Shown piece after piece: positions 10,221 through 20,062 of a stretch of DNA of 64,000 nucleotides. The stretch's first letter is position 1, and every line of letters begins with the position of its first letter. The position numbers and the translations under genes are program-made. Origin of the DNA: Thecamonas trahens ATCC 50062 (taxonomy: Eukaryota; Protista; Apusomonadida); NCBI RefSeq assembly GCF_000142905.1, contig NW_013657648.1, positions 337,147 through 401,146 of the forward strand. Direction: 5' to 3'. A model generated the notes under the pieces. That model worked only from the letters and a program-made list of their open reading frames with translations, ran no database searches and had not been told where the DNA came from.

Positions 10221-11350
10221 TTGGAGAAGGCCGAGGCCAAGCTGAAGGAAGCTAAGGACGAGCTGAAGGAAGCTAAGGACGAGCTGGAGAGGGCCTACAA
10301 TGAGCTCGAGACCAAGCGAAAGCAGGCGGAGGTGGTGCAGGCCCAGTTGCGTGCGGCGCGTGCGTCGCTCGTCCTCGGGCCGGACGTTGCACCTCTCCCG
10401 CCTGCTGCGCCGTCGCTCGACTCGCTCGCCGTCGTCGCCGGGGCGTCGAAGGCAACTCGAGAGATCATGGACGAGCACTGCGTCTTCCACAACGACGATG
10501 TGGTGGCCAACGCAGGCAAGGACCCGTCGTTTTTCGACGCCGCGTGCGGGATGGGAACGCTCCGGCAGAGCGTGTGGGAACCCCGGCCGGTCGACGCCAA
10601 CGCTGTTGAGGCGCTCAAAGTCGACCTGGCGCGGCTGGTGGCGAGGCCGTCGGGCGACTGGATCGGTGTCGTGGGCAGCGTGGCGTCGGCGTCCCGCAAC
10701 GTACACCTGGAGGAGACGCACAACGCGGTCCTCTCGAGCCATCTCTGCCGCCGCGAGATGCTGCGTGAGGCGCATGTCTCCGGCCTTTCTGAGGCGTTGG
10801 AGAACGCGGCTTGCGCTGTGCGGCGCGATGCGAGCAAGATTGAGGAGGCCAACGAGGATGGCAAGTCGCAGGTGCTGTTGCACTCGCGTGAGGACGCCTA
10901 CCCTTTGGTACCGGTCACTACGCCGCAAAAGTGCGAGTACTTCTGCGGCGAGCGGCAACGAGAGTTCGCAGGCGGACATTGAGGCACGGACATCTGTTGC
11001 GGCGCTCACCGCGACGTACTTTGCGGTCGAGGCGCAGTCACCGACGTTTTCGGGCAACCCCGTCGACTTTGCGGCGAGCCTCGTGTACCACGGCGTCCGG
11101 CTTCGGCTCGCGATGTTCGAGCCCGGTAACTCGGCCAAGGAGCACCAGGCCGCCGCGTACGCGCTCAACACCTTCCGTTCGCTCTACGGCCTGCCGCCGT
11201 TTGTCACGCTCCTCGCCCTCCACGGGCGGTTCATCTCGTCGCGCGACGAGTCGGTGCCGAAGAGGCTGTACCTCGTCGGCTACCGCCTTGACGCGAGGTC
11301 TGACAAGCTCCACGCGTACTCGCTTGGCTCGGTGGACGCAGCGATGCGGA
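10221..11350 (+). pseudogene. 5'-truncated, frameshifted coiled-coil + putative restriction-endonuclease-fold gene
   Basis: Heptad repeat EAKLKEAKDELKEAKDELE with no ATG. Frame change near 10970-10982 into DIEARTSV..PVDFAASL..AMFEPG..KEHQAAAYA, a D..E..QxxxY pattern like PD-(D/E)XK nucleases. Confidence 0.5.
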
Positions 11351-11473
11351 TACGAAAGCGGCGCTCCGAGGCTGGACCGGGTCGACAGACCATTGTCACA
11401 CACATACAAGCTACATGGTGGGTGCGGGAGGTTGATAGGAAGGACGTCGAGCGGGGGACGGGGTGGCCCGGGC

Positions 11474-11535
11474 GCGTGGAACGGGGCGGCGCGCGCGAGC
11501 TTGGCCCACGCCGCGACACGGTCGGCTTGAGCGCA
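11474..11535 (+). repeat. 62-bp block, copy 2
   Basis: Identical to 8972-9033. Confidence 0.9.
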
Positions 11536-11744
11536 TACTGGTCGACATACACGCGCGCTCCGCTAGCGACGCGCCCGAGAGGTCGATTGCTCGAGGGTGT
11601 CTCCGAGTTCACGTCGGGTCTCCCGCCCGCATGGGTTGCCGCTGGGTTGCCGCTTGTTCCTTCTCCGCGCCGCGGGCCCGCGGACCAGCGCGCAACACCC
11701 CACCCAGCCCACCCCCCACGCTCACCCACCCCCCCCCCACGGCC

Positions 11745-13640
11745 ATGCTCCGGGCAGGAGCACACGTACTGGGTGCGTGCCTCCGCCTCTCCCCCGTGCT
11801 CCGCAGGCCGGCTCGTGCCCTGGCCACCCACCCCCCCACCCCCACCCCCGCCCCCCTCGTGAGCCCTGCGTTCTTCCCCGTCGGCCGCTCCAACTTTAAG
11901 CGCATCCGTGCGTCGGGCGCGTTCTACGTCGACCATACGCGGTTTCTCGAGGTGTGGGAGCGCGTCGGTGAGGACGGGTACACGACGCTGCTCCGGCCGC
12001 CGCGGTTCGGGAAGACTCTGATGCTGGACATGATGGCTGCGTACTACGACGCGGGAGTCGGGGCGGACGAGCACGACCGGCTCTTCCACGGGCTCTACAT
12101 CGGCGAGAACCCCACGTCCGGCGCCCGGGCGCATCACGTGCTGCGGCTCAACCTTGCGCCAAGCGCGAGCGTGGGCGCGTCGTTCGACATGCAGGCATTT
12201 CTGGATGATGCGGTAGATGACGCCCTGGTGGACTTTGTGGAACGGTACAATCTCGCAGTGCAGAGGGAGCGGCCATTTGAGATGCGGGACATCAAGCGTG
12301 TCGTCGGCGCTGTGGGCCGGGCGGGCGGGCGGGTAATGGTGCTCATCGACGAGTACGACCGGGTGGCGAACGAACTGATGGTGAAGGATAAGGACGCTTA
12401 CGCGCGGAGCGTGATGGGCGTGTCGGGCGAGGAGGCGTCGTCGCCGCTGCGGTCGCTCCTGACAACGTTCAAGATGGCCCAGGACCGGGCGCCAGTTACG
12501 CTCCTCATGACGGGGCTCACACCCATTGTCCTGGCCGACGTGTCGGCGTACAATGTGGCGCGCAACCTGACGCTCCGCGAGGAGTTTGGGGACTTTTTCG
12601 GGTTCACGTCCGGGGACATCGAGCGCGGGCTCACAACGGCTGGGCACGGGTCGGGTGATATTGCTGCGGCGCTGGCGGTGATGCGCAAGTGGTACAACGG
12701 GTACCTGTTCCCTGGCGCGTCGCAGCGGGTGTTCAACCCGCAGATCTCGCTCCACTTTATGGACTTGTTCACGTCGAGTGCCAGGGTCAAGGAAGCGACG
12801 CTGCGAGGCGTCATTGCACCGGACGACTTGGTGTCGCGAAACCTGCGCGTCACAGAGTCCATGCTGAGCGTGCTGGCGACGAGCCGTGCTGGTGCCGGAC
12901 CGCTCGCCAAGCTCCTGGGCGGGGACGCGACGTACACGCTTGAGGGGCGCGTAGTGGACGAGTTCCGCTTCTCGGACCTCATGCGGTGGAACCTGGAGGG
13001 TGTAGAGTCCGAGTCGGAGGACAAGTTCTGCTCGTACCTCTACTACCATGGCGCGCTGACGTTCGCCGAGAAGCCAGGGATGCTGCCGCCGGACAAGCTG
13101 AGCATCCCGAACGAGCTCGTGCGGCGCGAGTTCTGGGATGCGCTTCCGAAGCGGCTTCGCGACGCGGTGCTCAAGACGCTCGACGCGGCGTTTGCGGCCG
13201 GGCCGCAGGCTTCGGCCGAGCTGTGGGAGGACATCTTCTCGGCGCTGAACGAGCGTAGCGCGGCGGGCATTGCGGACACGTCGAGGGTCGACGAGCATGC
13301 GTTCCGCGGGATGCTGTTGTGGATGACGGGCAACGAGGCAGTGAGTGTGCAGACCGAGGTCGCGGCGCCCCGGCAGAGCTCGGAAGGTGCGGGCACGGGC
13401 CGGGTCGACCTGGTGGTGGAGCATGTCAAGTCGCCGACGCGGTTCGTGATCGAGCTTAAGCGCGTGAAGGGGAGCGGGCCCAAGGCGCTCGCGGGGGCCG
13501 TCGAGCGTGCTGCCGAACAGGTGGCCGACTACGACTTGTCGGCGGTTCCAAAGGCCGCGCACGTGACGCACGACGTGCGGCTCGCGGTGGTGCTCGCCGA
13601 CGACGATGTGGTCGTGCGCGTGGTGGGCGATGAGGAGTAG
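11745..13640 (+). CDS. AAA-ATPase-like (PF09820-type) + C-terminal PD-(D/E)XK nuclease (PF08011-type), with putative mitochondrial presequence
   Basis: Family motifs in order: PVG.SNF..IR, FYVDHT, Walker A RPPRFGKT, Walker B VLIDEYD, TG.TP, GFT, WYNGY.F, FNP, YYHGALT, IPN, then TE..GRVDL..VIELK..AEQV.DY. Intronless, 631 aa from ATG 11745. Confidence 0.9.
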   Translation: MLRAGAHVLGACLRLSPVLRRPARALATHPPTPTPAPLVSPAFFPVGRSNFKRIRASGAFYVDHTRFLEVWERVGEDGYTTLLRPPRFGKTLMLDMMAAYYDAGVGADEHDRLFHGLYIGENPTSGARAHHVLRLNLAPSASVGASFDMQAFLDDAVDDALVDFVERYNLAVQRERPFEMRDIKRVVGAVGRAGGRVMVLIDEYDRVANELMVKDKDAYARSVMGVSGEEASSPLRSLLTTFKMAQDRAPVTLLMTGLTPIVLADVSAYNVARNLTLREEFGDFFGFTSGDIERGLTTAGHGSGDIAAALAVMRKWYNGYLFPGASQRVFNPQISLHFMDLFTSSARVKEATLRGVIAPDDLVSRNLRVTESMLSVLATSRAGAGPLAKLLGGDATYTLEGRVVDEFRFSDLMRWNLEGVESESEDKFCSYLYYHGALTFAEKPGMLPPDKLSIPNELVRREFWDALPKRLRDAVLKTLDAAFAAGPQASAELWEDIFSALNERSAAGIADTSRVDEHAFRGMLLWMTGNEAVSVQTEVAAPRQSSEGAGTGRVDLVVEHVKSPTRFVIELKRVKGSGPKALAGAVERAAEQVADYDLSAVPKAAHVTHDVRLAVVLADDDVVVRVVGDEE

Positions 13641-13950
13641 AGGATTGAGTGCTGACGCGGAGGCATGGGCGTAATTGATCACGGATAGTGAGTGTGAGCA
13701 GCCAACAACTCGTCCCGCGTGGATACCACATCTGTAACCGAGGGCAACGGCTGCCACATCCGACCGACGCGCACCTGAACTCGAGGCGTCCCTCACCGAC
13801 ATCGTTGAGGGGCACCTCGGCGCACTCGCAGCTCGCCCTCGAGAGACCGCGCTTGGCGGCGTCGGCGGGAGCCACTCGTCAGCGGACCAGACGCTGCTCG
13901 TGCTCCTTTCGGGCGTCGTGAGCTCAAGCATACCGTTCACCGCGGCCGCA

Positions 13951-14619
13951 TCATGCCACAGCCTCGACATCGTGCAAAAAGTCGACGCCGGCCGCCAGCT
14001 GCGAGCACATCGACGCCTGCGGCGTCATCAGCGACTGTAGGATGTGCACTAGCGTGTTGATGCCATTCCACGTCGCCCTCGCCGTCGCCTCTAGGTTGGC
14101 CTGGAACTGTGCCATCGCTCTCGATGATGCCAGGTTGTCCGAGTCGGAGACGCTGAGCTCGATGGTGAGCTGCGGCAGGCCTGGGACGGGCGCGTGGAAC
14201 GCGTCGGGATGGATGGCGGGCAGCGATGCGCTGAGCACCAGCGACGTGTCAGCGCGCGCGCTCAGCAAGTCGGCGATCATCGCCAGCGGACGGAGCTTGC
14301 CGACCGTCGTCCTCGCGCTCAGCGACGAGGTGCAGCGGAGGCCCAGCGCGAGGTGCGAGACCATGGCGCACGACTGCGGCATCATTGGCGCCGCGTACTG
14401 GAGGCCCGAGAGCGTCACGTTCGAGACCGGGAGCCGTAGGGAGGATGAGGTGCTGCGTCGTCGGGTTGATGGCCACGTTGAGCGCAAACTCCACCTGCGG
14501 CGCGTGGGGCTCGACCACGCGCACAGCGTGAGCACGCAGGCAAGGTCGGGCTCGGCCATCTGCGGAACGAGGTCGTGAAGCAGGGCGTGAGCCACCAGTG
14601 AGCCCGGCGTAAGCATCAC
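13951..14619 (-). CDS. Hypothetical protein or gene fragment
   Basis: 222-aa ORF with globular-like composition and no recognisable motif, lying inside the mosaic cassette. Confidence 0.35.
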   Translation of the reverse strand: MMLTPGSLVAHALLHDLVPQMAEPDLACVLTLCAWSSPTRRRWSLRSTWPSTRRRSTSSSLRLPVSNVTLSGLQYAAPMMPQSCAMVSHLALGLRCTSSLSARTTVGKLRPLAMIADLLSARADTSLVLSASLPAIHPDAFHAPVPGLPQLTIELSVSDSDNLASSRAMAQFQANLEATARATWNGINTLVHILQSLMTPQASMCSQLAAGVDFLHDVEAVA

Positions 14620-14796
14620 GTACTGCGACGCTCAGCACCGCCGGTCCGCTCCCGTAGCGCAGGCTCGTGACGAGCGCGAGCGGGACGTCGACGCGAGCGA
14701 GGTCGAAGATGCCGCCGCATTGCCGCGTCACGGCGCCACTTCCGACCCGCGGCGGTTGGACGGGCGTGTGGGGACGGGCGCGGGGACAGGGACGGG

Positions 14797-15838
14797 CGCG
14801 GGCACGGAGATCGATGCGGTGATCATTGGTGACGAAAGCCTGGGCGTGTTGTATGGGGTGGTACAGAGCTTGTCTGGAGCGACTGCTGCGTCGTCCACGA
14901 CGACGAGTGCATCGAGCGCATCGACAGCGGCGCCAGTCCGGGCGAGGCGGCGGACCAGGACGAGTACGGTGGCGCAGCGGGCCAAGAAGCCAGTTGCTGA
15001 CTCGGCCGAGGTCGAGGAGCGCGCGGTGCGTTGGCGAGCGCGGGCTCCTGCTGGAATGAAGCGGCGGAAGGAGCGGGCGATGTCCCAGCCGCTGTTTCTC
15101 CTCTCGGCGTCGATCGATCGCGACGTGCCGCGCGGGGAGTTTGCAGTCACCGGCTCGACTGGCAACGTCTACAACGTGGTCTTTGCCGAGAGGACGACGT
15201 GTTCGTGCCCCGACGCGGGGAAGGGCAATGTGTGCAAGCACGCCCTCTTTGTCGGCATCAAGGTGCTTAAGATCCCATCGCGCTCGCCACTGCTGTTCAA
15301 CGCCCTGCTTCCGTCCGAGCTCAAGGTGGTCTTTGCCAACCTTGCCATTGCGCGGCACGTCATGGCGTCATCGTAGGCGCAGCAGGCGTACGTGACAGCC
15401 GTGCTGGGCGAGGGCGATGCTGACGGCGACGGCAATACAAGCGGGGCGCCTGGCGTGACCCGCAAGCCTGTCGACGGCGAGTGTCCAGTTTGCTTTGACG
15501 ATCTGGACTCGGATCCGGTGGTGTGGTGCCGGGGCCAGTGCGGACAGAACCTACACAAGCGCTGCTTCGAGCAGTGGTCGGCGCACGGCGGCAAGGTGTG
15601 CGTTCTCTGCCGCGCGCCATGGCTCGAGACCTCGCTGTCCAACGTCGAGGGCTACATCAACTTGGCCCCGTTTGAACGACGCGCCCTCACTGCACGGCTC
15701 GACCGGTACCGATCGCCCTACCAGTCCCGGTACTCGCGGAGGCGGTACAACTACGACCATGATTGGAACGAATCGGCCAGCAATAGCACAGGCAGCAGTG
15801 AAGACTGGTAGCACTGACCCCCCACCTGTACATGTCGA
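14797..15838 (+). pseudogene. SWIM-RING copy 2, pseudogenised by a nonsense mutation
   Basis: Same sequence as copy 1, but CAG>TAG at 15374-15376 separates SWIM from RING, and there is no credible 5' start. Confidence 0.85.
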
Positions 15839-16308
15839 TGCTGATTCTCATTTACTCGCCGACCTCGCCCCCGCCATGGGTCCCACCACGCCCGCAGGAC
15901 TCGCGCTGGCTCAGCTACGCCATCGTTTCGTAGTCGAGCGAGGTCGATGACACTGTTGCACTTTTTGTAACGCCGAATGTTATTATTCACCAGAACCCGC
16001 AGAGCCCCCCATAACCCATGTAGCCTCGTCAGTCCCACTCAGCCTCACTAGACCAGTATACTCCCCACCCCACACTGTCCCAACTCTACACAAACACCTC
16101 AGGCGGCCTTGCACCTCCCCAGCTTCCCGCTTCCGGCCGGTTCGCAGCTCCTCCCCACTTTGTTCTGCGGTTTCTGTGCTATTTTAAGAAAGCGCCGAAC
16201 AAAACCATTGCAATTCTGTGGCTACAAAAGTCGAGCGAAAATGTCACACTTTCGAGGAGAGAGCTTTTTCTCATCCCACCAGCCACAAATAGCCCAAAGC
16301 GCTCAATC

Positions 16309-17397
16309 ATGGCCACCAACCCCGCCAAGTTCAACATCAATGCCACCTGCGATACAATTGACTCTGCCCGCCACATTGCAAAGTGTGTTTACCCGTTTAC
16401 AGACAAAGAGAACCGCGCTGTGGCTCGCAACAACATGACGGAGGCCTTTGCTCGGCACTCGGACGCAGATGGCCTCATCAGCCTCGTCGGCATTTCGAAG
16501 GCGATGAAGGATACCATCTACGTCAACGGCGGCGCGTGTGAGCACGGTGCTCTGGTCTCAGGCATTCTTGCCGAGAGCTTTGACCTCGCTGTCGCCGCTG
16601 CCTGCTTCCACGCCGTCTTTGCCGTGCGTTTCCGGAACAACTCGAAGGGCGTACGCATTGCCGACGGCCGGGTCAATCGCCAGCGCCGCGAGGAGTGCGA
16701 GCGCTTTGATGCATCGGGCTTGGTCAAGGCTCATACTTTTATCTCCTTGTACATCGAGCGCATCTACTCGTCTGCCTCCCGCCGCGTCTACTCCCACACC
16801 GATCGCTCGCCCGCGGGCAAGCTCGAGTTTGAGCTGACCGACTTTTGCTCGCCGGCGGAGATGATCAATGCCGTTACCTTGCTTCGTGCTCCCTTCGCCG
16901 ACGTCTTTGTTGACGCCGACGTGGTCGTTCTTAGTGAGACCTTCTTCGGCAACGACTCCTACGACGACGGCGAGACCGATGTTGACCAGGTTGTCGCCAT
17001 GGACGAGGTCAAGATCTTCGAAAAGTCCATGGACGACAAGAGCAGCGAGTTGAAGTTTGATCCCTCCTTTGCCGGCTACCTTGTCTTATCCGACGACGAC
17101 GACGAGGATATTGTTGCCAAAGACAAGGCCCCAATGGATGAAGTCAAGATGTGCGTGGCTGACAACAGCAGCAAACTGGAGCTCGATGCCACCTTTGTCG
17201 ACTGGTTTGCCCATTGTGAGAACGACCGCATCTTTGACGTTGCCGACCTGGACGACCCCCTCGCCCTGCCGATGCCCGATTTCGTCCGCCCTATTTACTA
17301 TGATCCGACCGACCCGTTCGGCATTGGCTTTGTTCCCACACCAATCCTGGCGTACGAACTCGCAGACGACAACAGCATTGACCATCTTCTTGCGTAA
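16309..17397 (+). CDS. Hypothetical protein with acidic, internally repeated C-terminus
   Basis: 362-aa ATG ORF with C-ending codon bias. Two MDEVK..D.SS.L..D..F repeats. Confidence 0.7.
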   Translation: MATNPAKFNINATCDTIDSARHIAKCVYPFTDKENRAVARNNMTEAFARHSDADGLISLVGISKAMKDTIYVNGGACEHGALVSGILAESFDLAVAAACFHAVFAVRFRNNSKGVRIADGRVNRQRREECERFDASGLVKAHTFISLYIERIYSSASRRVYSHTDRSPAGKLEFELTDFCSPAEMINAVTLLRAPFADVFVDADVVVLSETFFGNDSYDDGETDVDQVVAMDEVKIFEKSMDDKSSELKFDPSFAGYLVLSDDDDEDIVAKDKAPMDEVKMCVADNSSKLELDATFVDWFAHCENDRIFDVADLDDPLALPMPDFVRPIYYDPTDPFGIGFVPTPILAYELADDNSIDHLLA

Positions 17398-17640
17398 CGC
17401 CACCGTAAATCGCCATCACGCCGCCATTCGTCCAACAACCCCCATCGGCCACCCTTTATCAGTCATCCCCCATCGCTAGGCCTCATCGGGCACAAGCTGT
17501 CCCCGCACGATGCATTGCAAGCACACTCCAGATAGAAACGCCCGATGCCAACGGTGTCCGGGCATTCGTGTGATCCAGCACCTGCCGTCGAGGGCGTATG
17601 CCATCGGCACAAGAAACAAAGAGCGCGTCGCCGCCGAGAG

Positions 17641-18071
17641 CGCCAACCGGCAGCCGATGAACAGCGAGCGGGAGAGCGGCCAGCAACCGGCAGCCGACGA
17701 GCAGCGAGCGGGAGAGCGGCCAGCAACCGGCAGCCGACGAACAGCGAGCGGGAGAGCGGCCAGCAACCGGCAGCCGATGAACAGCGAGCGGGAGAGCGGC
17801 CAGCAACCGGCAGCCGACGAACAGCGAGCGGGAGAGCGGCCAGCAACCGGCAGCCGACGAGCAGCGAGCGGGAGAGCGGCCAGCAACCGGCAGCCGACGA
17901 ACAGCGAGCGGGAGAGCGGCCAGCAACCGGCAGCCGATGAACAGCGAGCGGGAGAGCGGCCAGCAACCGGCAGCCGACGAACAGCGAGCGGGAGAGCGGC
18001 CAGCAACCGGCAGCCGATGAACAGCGAGCGGGAGAGCGGCCAGCAACCGGCAGCCGACGAGCAGCGAGCGG
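17641..18071. repeat. 40-bp minisatellite, about 11 units, running into a gap
   Basis: Unit cagcaaccggcagccgaYgaRcagcgagcgggagagcggc, with only two variable sites. Confidence 0.97.
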
Positions 18072-18313
18072 NNNNNNNNNNNNNNNNNNNNNNNNNNNNN
18101 NNNNNNNNNNNNNNNNNNNNNNNNNNNNNNNNNNNNNNNNNNNNNNNNNNNNNNNNNNNNNNNNNNNNNNNNNNNNNNNNNNNNNNNNNNNNNNNNNNNN
18201 NNNNNNNNNNNNNNNNNNNNNNNNNNNNNNNNNNNNNNNNNNNNNNNNNNNNNNNNNNNNNNNNNNNNNNNNNNNNNNNNNNNNNNNNNNNNNNNNNNNN
18301 NNNNNNNNNNNNN
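18072..18313. other. Assembly gap (other gaps: 20248-20347, 34892-35134, 43221-43526, 57831-57930)
   Basis: Runs of N. Confidence 1.
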
Positions 18314-18512
18314 TCCCCCCTTCCCCACCTTCTGTTTATCATGATCTCTGCTGATAGCTCTTGTGCTCTCTCTCTCTCACACTGCCTCCCTCCCTCCATA
18401 TGCCAACCCCCCCCCCCCCCCTCCCGTGCTCACACACACCGTATATGATCTATATCGGTGTATGTGTGTGGGTCTTTGACGCTGCTGATTACCTCCATTC
18501 TCTCTCATACAG

Positions 18513-18989
18513 GGCTTTGTGTACATGTGTGTCGCCGATCATGACACAAGGCGCCGCGTGGCCATCGGGTACTTGGCTGACCTGGAGGCTCGGTTCAAGG
18601 CTGACATTTCGCAAGGCGAGCGCGCATCGGCCGGTGCCATTCCGCAGTTTGCGCGGACTATGGCGTCGCGCATGGACTTTTTCAACAACGATCCCTCGGC
18701 TGACAAGCTCTCGCACATCCAGGCCGAGCTCGAGGGCGTGCGCGAGAACATGCTCGAGAACATCGACAAGATCCTTGCTCGCGGCGAGAAGATCGAGTTG
18801 CTCGTCGCCCAGACCGAGGAGCTCAACCAGCAGGCAGCCACCTTCAAGTCCAAGTCGACCAAGCTCAAGCGCCAGATGTGGTGGCAGGACAAGAAGATGT
18901 CTGTCATTCTCTGCTTTGTCTTCCTTGCAATCATCGCCGTCATCGTCACTGTCATCTGCGCCGCCACCGGATGCGGCTCCAAGAAGTAG
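18513..18989 (+). CDS. VAMP7: VAMP7-like longin R-SNARE, terminal exon (upstream exon probably in the gap)
   Basis: Acceptor ctctcatacag at 18512. End of longin domain (YMCVAD..RR), SNARE motif MLENIDKILARGEKIELLV and a C-terminal TM helix. Confidence 0.88.
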   Translation, partial: GFVYMCVADHDTRRRVAIGYLADLEARFKADISQGERASAGAIPQFARTMASRMDFFNNDPSADKLSHIQAELEGVRENMLENIDKILARGEKIELLVAQTEELNQQAATFKSKSTKLKRQMWWQDKKMSVILCFVFLAIIAVIVTVICAATGCGSKK

Positions 18990-19037
18990 CCACCTCCTCG
19001 ACAAACCAGCAAACCTTCCGCGACACATCGTTTACTC

Positions 19038-19721
19038 TCACGAGACATGTGTCCGCGGCGCCGAGATCACGATCTCAATGTGCCCAACCTCCAGCAGCGG
19101 CAGCGCGTATGACGCAACGGTACAGGCAACAGTGGCAGCCTCAATGATCGCGTACGCCAGCTGGTGGATGCCAAAGATGTCGAACCAGACGATGCGCTCA
19201 TGGAAGAGGTACAGCAAGACCGAGAGTCCGCAGGCGAGGCCGAGATTGAGCGCCGAGTACCACGGATACGACGACGACGGCGGAGCCCAGATGTAAAAGT
19301 ACGCCGTAGATACAAAGTTCTGCCCGAAGGCTGCAGCAAAGTACGCCACCGATGCTGCCACATGCCAATCCTCCCACTCGCCCATGGGCACGACAGCGAG
19401 GATGGCGAGGAAGAGGACTGCGAGAGAGGTCAAGATCAAGTTGATGCCAGCGACCACCCGCTGTGCCGCACTCGCATCGGGCAACGACCATCTTGCCACT
19501 GTGGCCACAATGGTCAAAGCCACAACAAGAACAAAGGTACCAGTGTTTGCCAGAGCAAAGGTAAACGAGGCAGGAGCTGAAGCTGCTGCATCTGACAGCA
19601 GAGGAAATCGGACCGAGCAGGAATACGAAGTGCGACAAGCAATGACGACCGGAGCCACCAATCCCATCATTGCCCAAACAAACGATACAGCCACAATCGT
19701 TATCAGTCGCACACTACCCAT
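19038..19721 (-). CDS. Frag1/DRAM/Sfk1-family multipass membrane protein
   Basis: About 6 hydrophobic helices; FPLLSD....P..F, WHVAAS.AYF and AIIE motifs typical of the family. Confidence 0.7.
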   Translation of the reverse strand: MGSVRLITIVAVSFVWAMMGLVAPVVIACRTSYSCSVRFPLLSDAAASAPASFTFALANTGTFVLVVALTIVATVARWSLPDASAAQRVVAGINLILTSLAVLFLAILAVVPMGEWEDWHVAASVAYFAAAFGQNFVSTAYFYIWAPPSSSYPWYSALNLGLACGLSVLLYLFHERIVWFDIFGIHQLAYAIIEAATVACTVASYALPLLEVGHIEIVISAPRTHVS

Positions 19722-20062
19722 GCGACCGCCAGCCTTCCGTCCTGTACCCATACCACCACCTCCACCACCTCCACCTCCTCCACCTCCTCGGCGACCTCCT
19801 CCGCCTGCACTCACTCCTGCTCCTGTCCGGCTCCTTCGTTGCATCTCCCCGCCCACTCCAGCCTCGCTGTCTCGCCCTCGCAGGATGGTTACCGCCACGT
19901 CGAGTGTTTCTCAACTCAAACTTGAGCTCTTGTCCGTCTCCTTGCCCGAGCCCAAGCCCGAGCCCCGAGTCAGAAGCCCAAGCCCGAGCTCAAGTCTCGC
20001 GCCTCGCCCCACCAGCCACCTCGCCGTCAAACTGTCATTGATTCGTTGGTGCTCCAACTCGC

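Noticed and set aside
11280-13970. 896-aa minus-strand ORF
   Set aside because: Antisense shadow of the GC-rich ATPase-nuclease gene; Arg/His-rich with no motifs.
9034-15838. LTR retrotransposon or MULE transposase
   Set aside because: The repeats are coding SWIM-RING sequence without TG..CA ends. No gag, RT, integrase or DDE domain, TIR or TSD was seen.
17641-18071. CRISPR-like array (also considered for 20063-20796 and 28067-28359)
   Set aside because: Units are head-to-tail with no unique spacers and no cas genes, in a eukaryotic context; these are minisatellites.
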